This document shows, piece by piece, positions 51,919 to 60,207 of a stretch of DNA of 60,207 nt. The notes under the pieces were generated by a model, which did not search any database, was not told where the DNA came from, and was given only the letters and a program-made list of their open reading frames with translations. The DNA is from Bdellovibrionales bacterium (GTDB lineage Bacteria; Bdellovibrionota; Bdellovibrionia; Bdellovibrionales; UBA1609): positions 1 through 60,207 of the forward strand of contig JANQSP010000055.1 in NCBI GenBank assembly GCA_028283955.1, given 5' to 3'. Position 1 is the first letter of the stretch, and each line of letters opens with the position of its first letter. The translations under genes were made by a program, and so were the position numbers.

Positions 51919-54900
51919 TCAGTAAAGGCGCACTTTTTCATGCCCCCCCATCATTTTCTGAATTTGTTCCAGAAACTGCGAACTTAAAGCCACCCCGTTT
52001 AAAGCACTGGATTTCAAACACACCATTTTAGAAGGGTTTTCCAGTTTTACATTAAAATAAATAGGCACATTACCCGCATATTGGGTGAGCACCTCTTTCA
52101 AGTCGGAAAGCTTATGTTTTTCCTTTTCACTAATCTGCAAAATAATACCACTGGAACGATTATTCAACTGATTACGAACCAACTCCACCTCTTGTACCAA
52201 TAACCTAAGACGGGTGTTTTCCTCCCGTGACAACGTCCCTTTAATAACCAAAGGTTCCCCCACAGAACGAATTTGCTTTTCAAATTTCAAATACACGTCT
52301 GAAAAAAACACAGTTTCAACCATTCCTGTACCATCCTCTAACTTCGCAAAAGCCATCGGTACCCCTTTTCTCGTCATTACCTCACGAAAATCATTCAGTA
52401 CCCCCCAAGTACAAATAGAGGCTTTATGTTCTTTTTCCGCCACAGACGAAATAGACTGGCAACCACAAATACCAATAAAAGGCTTGAGATGATCCATGGG
52501 GTGGCCACTTAAATAAAATCCAATCACTGACTTTTCATAATCCAAACGAACAGAGGCTGTCCATTCCAGTTTTTTTACATACATAAAATCCTGTTTTTGA
52601 TTACCCGAAAATAAATTAATCTGTCCGGATTCAAACTCCTCTTTTTTTTGATCGACCTGTTCTATCAAACTATCATAGTTAAATAATATTTCCCTTCGGT
52701 TCATTTCCATACCATCAAAAGCACCCGCTTTGACAAGAGCTTCTATACATTTTTTATTGATCTTTTTTATATCCACCTTCTCAAAGAACTGCTGAACAGA
52801 CAAAAATTTGCCCGTCTCCATACTTTTTCTGACACTGATAATATGATCCGCGGCTGAACGGCCTACACCTTTAATAGCTCCCAACGAAAAGTAAATCTGA
52901 TTTTCCACAGGAGTAAATAAATACTCAGAGTGATTTATATGGGGAGAAAGAACTTTTATACCGTGTTTTCTGGTATCTCGTACATAACGAACTATTTTAT
53001 CCGTATTGTTAATCTCCATAGAAAGTAAAGAGGCGAAAAACTCCACAGGATAATATTTCTTAAGCCAGGCTGTTTGGGCCGCCAACACACAATAGGCTGC
53101 CGCATGAGATTTATTAAATCCATATTTCGCAAACTCGGCAACCAGGTCAAACAATCTCTCTGACTTTTTCAAATCATATTTGTTCTTCTTGGCTCCATCC
53201 AAAAATCTGGTTTTTTGTTTTTTCATTACAGCCGTTTTCTTCTCCCCCATGGCTCTTCTCAAAACATCCGCCTCCCCATAACTGTACCCGGCAATCTTTG
53301 CGGCAATGAGCAGAACCTGCTCCTGGTACACAATAACTCCATAGGTCTCTTTTAAAATCGGTTCCAATTCAGGAAATAAATATTCCACCTTCACTCTTCC
53401 CTTTTTCCTGTCCAGATAAGACGGAATCATATCCATCGGACCTGGACGAAATAAAGCATTGATCGCCACGATGTCTTCAAAACAGGAAGGCTGAGCTTTG
53501 ATAATCAAATCGGTAATACCTTCTCCCTCAAATTGAAATACCCCCTTGGTATCCCCCTTACACATGACTTCGTAAATTCCCGGATCCTCCAAAGAAACAT
53601 CCTTGACAGATAGTGTTTTTCCCTTGTTTTGCTTAATCATTTGAAAAGCGGAATGAACCTGAGTCAGTGTCTTCAAACCCAGAAAATCAAACTTAACCAA
53701 ACCTATTTTTTTGGAATGATTCAAATCACATTGAATAACATTTTCCCCTTCCGCTCCCCGATACAGAGGAGCAAAACCGATAATCTGATGATCCGCAATA
53801 ATAACTCCGGCAGCATGAATACTCACATGACGAATCAAACCCTCTATCTGACGGGCTAAATTCATCAAGTTTTCAATCTGAGGGTCTGCTTCCATTAATT
53901 CATTTAGCCGTTGATTATTTTTCGTAGCTTCATCCAGGGTAATGCCCAAACGTTCCGGAATCAGTTTAGCCACCTGATCCACCTCGGCATAACCCATACC
54001 CAATACACGCCCTACATCCCGAATAGCCGCTCTTGCCTGAAGCCTTCCGTAAGTCATCACCTGGGCTACATAGTCCTTACCATACTGTTCACTGACGTAC
54101 TCAATGACACGGTTTCTATTCTCCTGACAAAAATCAATATCAAAATCCGGAAGTGAAATTCTTTCCGGGTTTAAAAATCTCTCAAATAGCAAATGATAGG
54201 GCATGGGGTCTAAATCCGTGATCTCCAGACAATACGCTACTAAAGAACTGGCCCCCGAACCACGCCCGGGACCTACCGGAATACCTTCTTTCTTGGCCCA
54301 ATGAACAAAGTCATAAACAATCAAAAAGTAGTCAGCAAACCCCATATTAATTATAATTTTAAGCTCTTCCTCCAAACGCTCTTTGTATTTACACATATCC
54401 TTCGTATCTACTTCCGTTTCTCTTTCACTCAACTCTTTCCATCGTTTCATGAGCCCTTTAAAACTCAATTCTCTCAATGTCTGCTTTGGACTCTTTGCCT
54501 TTTCCTCCCATTTTAACTTCGGCAGATGATAAACAGAGCGTCCTTCTCTCTTAAGTTGAAACTGAACCTGGCAACGGGAACTAATCTCCAAAGTGTTGTC
54601 ACAAACATTGGGAATATCTTTAAATAAATCTCTCATCTCATTGGAATCTTTGAAATAAAATTGATCTGATTTTAGCCTAAATCGCTCCGGATCCCTCAAT
54701 GTCCTATTAGTGCCAATACAAAATAAGACATCCTGAACAACATGATCAGCCGGGTTCAGATAATGCACATTATTTCCCGCCACCATTTCCACACCGGCTA
54801 TTTTACCCGCTTCCAAAAGAAAAGGATTAATCTGATCCCACTCCCGTAATCCTGTTCGATTCAATTGCAGGTAAAGACGATCATGATAGATACTCTTCAA

Positions 54901-55476
54901 TTTCCTGACAGCTTCCAAAGCCTTTTCAGAGCCTTTTTTTAAAAAAGTCTGAGGTATCTCCCCATTAAAACCACCCGTTAAAGCTATAACTGAATGACTG
55001 TATTTTTCCAGCACTTCATAATTTACCCTGGGGACATAATAAAAACCTTCCTGATAAGCTATCGTATTAATTCGACAAAGATTCCTGTAACCTTCCACAT
55101 TTTGCGCCAATAAAACCACAGAAGAATTCCTTGTTTGAAAAGAACCGGGGGCATGGCGAGATGAAGGAGAGCTTTTTTTATCCGAAAGGGGCCCGGAACA
55201 GAGATATATTTCCAAACCCAAAATAGGTTTAATTCCTTTTTCCCTGGCTTTGAAATAAAGGTCCAACACACCAAACATATTTCCATAATCTGTAATGGCA
55301 ACAGCAGGCTGAGAGTGCTCAACACATTTATTTACCAATTTGGAAATAGTACAAGAGGATTTTAAAAGGGAATAATGAGTGTGCACATGCAGATGCACAA
55401 AGGAGGATTGAGGGTGTTTATCTTCTTTGACAGACTCCCCGTCTATAGGTTTCTTTATAATAGAAGGACGATTCAT
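51919..55476 (-). CDS. dnaE: DNA polymerase III alpha subunit
   Basis: PHP domain FVHLHVHT, then GPGRGSGA, PDFDIDF, KFDFLGL and YGFNKSH. Confidence 0.98.
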   Translation of the reverse strand: MNRPSIIKKPIDGESVKEDKHPQSSFVHLHVHTHYSLLKSSCTISKLVNKCVEHSQPAVAITDYGNMFGVLDLYFKAREKGIKPILGLEIYLCSGPLSDKKSSPSSRHAPGSFQTRNSSVVLLAQNVEGYRNLCRINTIAYQEGFYYVPRVNYEVLEKYSHSVIALTGGFNGEIPQTFLKKGSEKALEAVRKLKSIYHDRLYLQLNRTGLREWDQINPFLLEAGKIAGVEMVAGNNVHYLNPADHVVQDVLFCIGTNRTLRDPERFRLKSDQFYFKDSNEMRDLFKDIPNVCDNTLEISSRCQVQFQLKREGRSVYHLPKLKWEEKAKSPKQTLRELSFKGLMKRWKELSERETEVDTKDMCKYKERLEEELKIIINMGFADYFLIVYDFVHWAKKEGIPVGPGRGSGASSLVAYCLEITDLDPMPYHLLFERFLNPERISLPDFDIDFCQENRNRVIEYVSEQYGKDYVAQVMTYGRLQARAAIRDVGRVLGMGYAEVDQVAKLIPERLGITLDEATKNNQRLNELMEADPQIENLMNLARQIEGLIRHVSIHAAGVIIADHQIIGFAPLYRGAEGENVIQCDLNHSKKIGLVKFDFLGLKTLTQVHSAFQMIKQNKGKTLSVKDVSLEDPGIYEVMCKGDTKGVFQFEGEGITDLIIKAQPSCFEDIVAINALFRPGPMDMIPSYLDRKKGRVKVEYLFPELEPILKETYGVIVYQEQVLLIAAKIAGYSYGEADVLRRAMGEKKTAVMKKQKTRFLDGAKKNKYDLKKSERLFDLVAEFAKYGFNKSHAAAYCVLAAQTAWLKKYYPVEFFASLLSMEINNTDKIVRYVRDTRKHGIKVLSPHINHSEYLFTPVENQIYFSLGAIKGVGRSAADHIISVRKSMETGKFLSVQQFFEKVDIKKINKKCIEALVKAGAFDGMEMNRREILFNYDSLIEQVDQKKEEFESGQINLFSGNQKQDFMYVKKLEWTASVRLDYEKSVIGFYLSGHPMDHLKPFIGICGCQSISSVAEKEHKASICTWGVLNDFREVMTRKGVPMAFAKLEDGTGMVETVFFSDVYLKFEKQIRSVGEPLVIKGTLSREENTRLRLLVQEVELVRNQLNNRSSGIILQISEKEKHKLSDLKEVLTQYAGNVPIYFNVKLENPSKMVCLKSSALNGVALSSQFLEQIQKMMGGHEKVRLY

Positions 55477-55637
55477 GAACTCTTACCTCTGAAGGCACCA
55501 ATGTACAGGGCTTTTCATGGACAGTCCAGCAGATACATTTCCCGTTTTCATATCCTGATTAAAACCACCCGCTTTTTTAACCAATAAAGCGCTCCTTTAA
55601 ACTGAAAACAACTCCTGTCTATATTCCCATCTACTGA

Positions 55638-57152
55638 CTAGGTGAAATCTTTTCTCAGTTCTTTAAGAAAGGAATAGCAGATAAAGCAAAGCAATAAAGA
55701 AAAGGGAAAAGCAACAACAATAACCAAAAGCTGTAAAGACTCTATTCCACCAAAATAAATCAATACCATAGCCAACACACCTTCCAACAAGGCCCAATAA
55801 ATTTTACCAAAAACGGGTGATTTACCGGTTCGATCAGAAATATGATGTACTATATAAGAAGCGGAGTCAGATGAAGTAACAAAGAAAATAACAACAGCAA
55901 AAAGAGTAACCACGGATATCAGTTTTGTAAATGGAAAGTGTTTTAAAAATTCAAAAACCACCATGGAATATTCTGTCTTTAAAAGAGATACTAAATCCAT
56001 TTTTCCTATTAGATGATACTGAATAGCTGTACCACCAAAAGCGATAAACCAAATGCAGGAAACCAAAGAGGGAATAAGAAGACTGCCAAGAACAAACTCC
56101 TGAATGGTTCTTCCCCTGGAAATATGAGCAATAAACAAACCCACGAAAGGAGCCCAGGCAATCCACCAGGCCCAATAAAGTATAGTCCACTGTGAACGCC
56201 ATTCCGTAGAGCCCAAAGAATGCACCCAAGTCATACTGCCAAGCAAATTTTGCAAATAAGCTCCTGAGTACTCCACAAAGGAATCCAATAAGAAAACAGT
56301 AGGACCGGTAAATAGAATAAACAAAAGTAAAAAAATACAAACCAGTATATTTAGTTCACTGAGACGACGAATACCCTTGTCCAAACCGGAGAGAAGGGAG
56401 AGGGTGGCTATAAGAGTTATAACAGATATAATAACACTTTGAGACAACTGGGAATAAGATATACCAAACAACTCCTTTAATCCGGAGTTAATTTGCATGG
56501 CGCCTCTACCTAAAGTGGTGGCCACTCCAAATAAAATCACCGTAACAGACAGAATATCTATTGCCGTTCCCCACCTTCCCGATGTCTCCCCTTTTACAGG
56601 ATTTTGATTTGAAGTGGAGTAACATATAGAAGAGATCCTTTGAGGAAAACTTTTGCAAAAAGAAAAATAAGCAAAAGCCAGACCCATCACAGTATAAATA
56701 GCCCAGCCCGAGAACCCCCAATGCAAAAAAGTAAGTTGAAAGGACAATTGAAGAGACTCAGGCGTATCTCCTGTTCCGACAGGCGGATAGAAATAATGGT
56801 AGAGAGGCTCATACACACCGGAAAACAATAAACCGGTTCCCATACCTGCGCTAAAAAGCATGGCAACCCATGTAAATCTTGTATATTTTGGCCGTGAAGT
56901 CAGACCCAGGCGAACTTTTCTATAAGGTCCAAATGCCATATAAACACAAAAGCAAAAAAAGAAAAATACCAACGAAACATAAAACCAGGAGATACTGATC
57001 ACAAAAGCATTTTGAATCCAGGACAGAACACCAAAAAAGAGATTCGGAGCTGAAAAAGCGCAAAGGAGAACTAAAAAAATAAGGGCAAAAGAGCCGATAA
57101 ATATCGGATTCCAGGAGATTTTTTTTACTTTACTTATAATGAAACCAAACAA
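55638..57152 (-). CDS. BCCT family (betaine/choline/carnitine) transporter
   Basis: WVAMLFSAGMGTGL, FLHWG, WTILYWAWWIAWAPFVGLFIA and TSSDSAS. Confidence 0.94.
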   Translation of the reverse strand: MFGFIISKVKKISWNPIFIGSFALIFLVLLCAFSAPNLFFGVLSWIQNAFVISISWFYVSLVFFFFCFCVYMAFGPYRKVRLGLTSRPKYTRFTWVAMLFSAGMGTGLLFSGVYEPLYHYFYPPVGTGDTPESLQLSFQLTFLHWGFSGWAIYTVMGLAFAYFSFCKSFPQRISSICYSTSNQNPVKGETSGRWGTAIDILSVTVILFGVATTLGRGAMQINSGLKELFGISYSQLSQSVIISVITLIATLSLLSGLDKGIRRLSELNILVCIFLLLFILFTGPTVFLLDSFVEYSGAYLQNLLGSMTWVHSLGSTEWRSQWTILYWAWWIAWAPFVGLFIAHISRGRTIQEFVLGSLLIPSLVSCIWFIAFGGTAIQYHLIGKMDLVSLLKTEYSMVVFEFLKHFPFTKLISVVTLFAVVIFFVTSSDSASYIVHHISDRTGKSPVFGKIYWALLEGVLAMVLIYFGGIESLQLLVIVVAFPFSLLLCFICYSFLKELRKDFT

Positions 57153-57463
57153 ACTCTATCACTCCACAAAATACCCTTTAAGGCATTAACCTGCTACAAA
57201 AAAGGCGCATACACAAGCTGTTGGAACGGGGCAAACACCCTGGAAAAAAGTATTTCATTTTACCCTTCCCCACTTTATATAAATAACCCTATAAAGCTCT
57301 TTTTTTCTGCCGGAAATCTGGACATCCAAAAGATTCAATGATAGCTTGATTTATTCAGTTGTAATAAATATACATATGTAATAGAAGAGCAGGAAAATGG
57401 CTCATTCGTTTGCATGTATAAACTAATTTCTAACGAAAACCAGGTTTTTATAGGACAGGTAAA

Positions 57464-57577
57464 ATGAAAGTGCGGGCTTCTGTAAAAAAAATATGTAAAA
57501 ACTGTCGTGTGATTCGCAGAAAAAACCACCTTCGGGTTATCTGCACAAACCCCAAACACAAACAAAGACAAGGATAA
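57464..57577 (+). CDS. rpmJ: 50S ribosomal protein L36 (zinc-binding type; absent from the ORF track)
   Basis: Translated by hand: [37 protein letters not shown]. Confidence 0.97.
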   Translation: MKVRASVKKICKNCRVIRRKNHLRVICTNPKHKQRQG

Positions 57578-57583
57578 TAAGTC

Positions 57584-57961
57584 ATGTCTCGTATAGCCGG
57601 AGTGGACCTACCAAAAGAGAAAAGAGTGGAAGTGGCCCTAACCTACATCTACGGTATTGGAAGAAAACGGGCGCGGGATATATGCAAGAAAGCGGGTTTT
57701 GAACACTCTATGCGAACCAAAGACCTAAATGATGAGCATGTTGCCTCACTGAGAGCTATTATTGAAAAACACTATAAAGTAGAGGGGGACCTGCGCAGAG
57801 AAGTAGGCTTATCCATTAAAAGACTGATGGACCTGTCGTGCTACCGGGGACTACGTCATAAAAAAGGCCTGCCTGTTCGTGGTCAAAGCACAAGACAAAA
57901 CGCCAGAACCAGAAAAGGCCCCAGAAAAACTGTTGCAAACAAGAAAAAAGCCACTAAATAA
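57584..57961 (+). CDS. rpsM: 30S ribosomal protein S13
   Basis: [19 protein letters not shown] and GLPVRGQ. Confidence 0.98.
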   Translation: MSRIAGVDLPKEKRVEVALTYIYGIGRKRARDICKKAGFEHSMRTKDLNDEHVASLRAIIEKHYKVEGDLRREVGLSIKRLMDLSCYRGLRHKKGLPVRGQSTRQNARTRKGPRKTVANKKKATK

Positions 57962-57984
57962 GAAACAATCTATTTAATTAAGGA

Positions 57985-58377
57985 GTGACCGTGTCTGTAC
58001 GAAAACCAAAAAAGAAAAAAGCCAAAAAAAATGTACCGGTTGGAAATTGTTACATTCATGCCGGATTCGGGAATACTCAAGTCAGTTTTACCGACCCCAA
58101 CGGTCAGCTGATTTGTTGGTCCTCATCCGGTGTATTAGGTTTTAAAGGTTCACGTAAAGGCACCCCCTTTGTCGCACAGGCTGTGGCGGAAGATGCTGTT
58201 AAACGAGCACAGGACTGTGGTGTAAAAACAGTGAGTGTATTCTTAAAAGGTCCGGGAACAGGAAGAGAAATGGCTGTACGCACTCTCTCTGCTGCCGGAG
58301 TGAAAATCACTTCGCTCAGAGATATTACCCCTATCCCACATAATGGTTGCCGCCCGCCTAAAAGAAGACGGGTCTAA
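57985..58377 (+). CDS. rpsK: 30S ribosomal protein S11
   Basis: [11 protein letters not shown] and [18 protein letters not shown]. Confidence 0.98.
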   Translation: MTVSVRKPKKKKAKKNVPVGNCYIHAGFGNTQVSFTDPNGQLICWSSSGVLGFKGSRKGTPFVAQAVAEDAVKRAQDCGVKTVSVFLKGPGTGREMAVRTLSAAGVKITSLRDITPIPHNGCRPPKRRRV

Positions 58378-58441
58378 ACTTTTAATCAGGTAAATTTTAT
58401 TGACAGGAAAGAATGAAAAATAAAACAGGAGATGCACACAA

Positions 58442-59800
58442 ATGGAAAAAATAGAACTGAAGCCACACTATTATAAATACTGGAAAAACCTTATTAAACC
58501 AAAAGGTTTTGAATTGGATAAAGACAGTCTGACTCCCACTTACGGAAAGTTTACCATTCGTCCTCTGGAAAGAGGTTATGGTTTAACTTTAGGTAATGCC
58601 ATCCGCCGTGTTCTACTGAGTTCTATGATGGGTTCCGCTGTTTCAGCTGTAAAATTCGACGGAGTTTTACATGAGTTCACTACTATACCTGACGTTCTGG
58701 AAGACATCACAGACATTATTTTAAACTTAAAACAAGTGCGTTTTCAGCAGGACGATGCAGATCAAAAAAAATTAAAAATAAGTAAAGAAGGCCCCGGTCT
58801 CATAACAGCAAACGATATTGAACTGGTCAGCGGCATTAAAGTCATCAATCCTGAGCAACTTATTGCCACTCTGGAAAAAAATGCAAAATTCAATGCGGAA
58901 ATCATAGTTAACTTTAATCGTGGTTACATTGAAGCCTCTGAACAAACAAAGAATCTACCTGTAGGGTTCATCCCTGTTGATTCTATTCACTCTCCCATTC
59001 GACGTGTAAACTACACAGTCACTAATGCCCGTGTCGGTCAAAAAACAGACTACGACTCCTTAATATTACAAGTATGGACAGACGGATCTTTAACTCCGGA
59101 AGAAGCTGTGCCTCTGGGATATAAAATTCTAAAAGAACAAATACAGGTCTTTATGAATTTTGACGAAAATATTGAACCGGAAGAGAAAAAAGAAACAGAA
59201 GAAACCCCGCAAGTGAATAAAAATCTATTTCGCCCGGTTGAAGATCTGGAGTTGTCTGTACGTAGTGCCAACTGTCTGAAAAATGCCCGTATTCGCTACA
59301 TAGGAGACCTTGTCACCAAGACAGAACAGGAAATGCTAAAAACCAAAAACTTCGGTAGAAAATCCCTGAATGAAATAAAAGACATTATTAAACATATGGG
59401 ACTCTCTCTGGGTATGGTAGTAGAGGGATGGCCTCCAAAAGATCTGGAGGCACATAAAGCCAAAAGTGAAACAGAACAACAAACCAATGGATCTTCTTTT
59501 GGATTCTCCAGCAATGCCGGCTCAACGGAAGATACATCACCATCTCCACAAAGCACTTCCTCTTATGCCGTCTCGGGACTGTCACCTGCTGCACCCTCAC
59601 CGCCAGATACTCAACAACAAGCTGAACCTCAAAGTACAAATGACGACATGAGTTTCAAGAATATATCAAATGAAGAGCATACCACTGCTGATGACCCACC
59701 TCCTGAAAAATCATCACAAGAAACAGAAAACGAATTTGAAGGCTCCGATAACAAGCCATTTTCAAATGATGATGATGACGATTACAATCCAATTCAGTAG
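58442..59800 (+). CDS. rpoA: RNA polymerase alpha subunit with C-terminal extension
   Basis: [32 protein letters not shown] and [10 protein letters not shown], followed by ~120 extra residues. Confidence 0.97.
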   Translation: MEKIELKPHYYKYWKNLIKPKGFELDKDSLTPTYGKFTIRPLERGYGLTLGNAIRRVLLSSMMGSAVSAVKFDGVLHEFTTIPDVLEDITDIILNLKQVRFQQDDADQKKLKISKEGPGLITANDIELVSGIKVINPEQLIATLEKNAKFNAEIIVNFNRGYIEASEQTKNLPVGFIPVDSIHSPIRRVNYTVTNARVGQKTDYDSLILQVWTDGSLTPEEAVPLGYKILKEQIQVFMNFDENIEPEEKKETEETPQVNKNLFRPVEDLELSVRSANCLKNARIRYIGDLVTKTEQEMLKTKNFGRKSLNEIKDIIKHMGLSLGMVVEGWPPKDLEAHKAKSETEQQTNGSSFGFSSNAGSTEDTSPSPQSTSSYAVSGLSPAAPSPPDTQQQAEPQSTNDDMSFKNISNEEHTTADDPPPEKSSQETENEFEGSDNKPFSNDDDDDYNPIQ

Positions 59801-59824
59801 GCAAAGAAAGAAAAGGTTATTCTA

Positions 59825-60207
59825 ATGAGACATCAAATGCGCAGTAACCCCTCCTTCGGGAGACACAGAGGACCCAGAAAAGCCCTCATAAAAGGGCTGG
59901 TGAACAGTCTTGTGGAAAAGGAAAGAATCAAAACCACTGTACCTAAAGCCAAATACGTGCGCCCTTTGATAGAAAAAGCCATTACAATGGGAAAAGAAAA
60001 AAATACTCATGCCCGCCGCTTATTACTGGCCCGCTATTCCAATAAGAAAACAGTGGATAAAATTATAAACATCCTTTCACCTCGTTTTAAAGACCGCCCG
60101 GGAGGTTATACCCGTATTATAAAACTGGGTTTTCGATCAGGTGATCAGGCCCCCCTGGCTTATCTGGAATTTGTGGACTACAACACCCAGGCAATAGCCA
60201 CGACAAA
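59825..60207 (+). CDS. rplQ: 50S ribosomal protein L17 (3'-truncated by the window; absent from the ORF track)
   Basis: MRHQ...ERIKTTVPKAK...RFKDRPGGYTRIIKLGFRSGDQAPLAYLEFVD, open to the window end. Confidence 0.97.
   Translation, partial: MRHQMRSNPSFGRHRGPRKALIKGLVNSLVEKERIKTTVPKAKYVRPLIEKAITMGKEKNTHARRLLLARYSNKKTVDKIINILSPRFKDRPGGYTRIIKLGFRSGDQAPLAYLEFVDYNTQAIATT

Noticed and set aside
57335-57571. 78-aa minus-strand ORF
   Set aside because: It is the antisense of rpmJ.
311-59651. Remaining short track ORFs nested in or antisense to assigned genes
   Set aside because: They overlap well-supported genes and show no motifs or independent signals.
59822-60010. 62-aa minus-strand ORF
   Set aside because: It is the antisense of rplQ.

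Overview
Bacterial chromosome segment, AT-rich, with most genes on the minus strand. Gene content and order suggest Bdellovibrionota (inference). Most of the window is housekeeping: yfgM-bamB, leucine dehydrogenase, gltX, carD, rel-rpoZ-gmk-yicC, miaA-mutL, dut, cysS, mpl, cysteine desulfurase, tsaE-nnr, glmM-ftsH-tilS, lipB, dnaE, a BCCT transporter and rpmJ-rpsM-rpsK-rpoA-rplQ. Secreted or lipoprotein hypotheticals are interspersed. The left ~3.9 kb is a more AT-rich, island-like block next to the 3' end of a tRNA-Ser(GGA) gene. That tRNA is the most unusual feature. It is split in the T-loop by a 157-nt, almost fully base-paired insertion that carries a decoy copy of the tRNA 3' end, and it is preceded by a degenerate duplicate of its own 5' half. 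Other notable items are a 135-bp nested-palindrome MITE/REP element, a ~1780-aa lipoprotein with a duplicated domain and a Ser/Thr-rich beta-hairpin-like segment, RpoA with a 120-aa acidic low-complexity tail, and a DnaE PHP domain with substituted metal ligands. No CRISPR array, rRNA, integrase or transposase was recognised.
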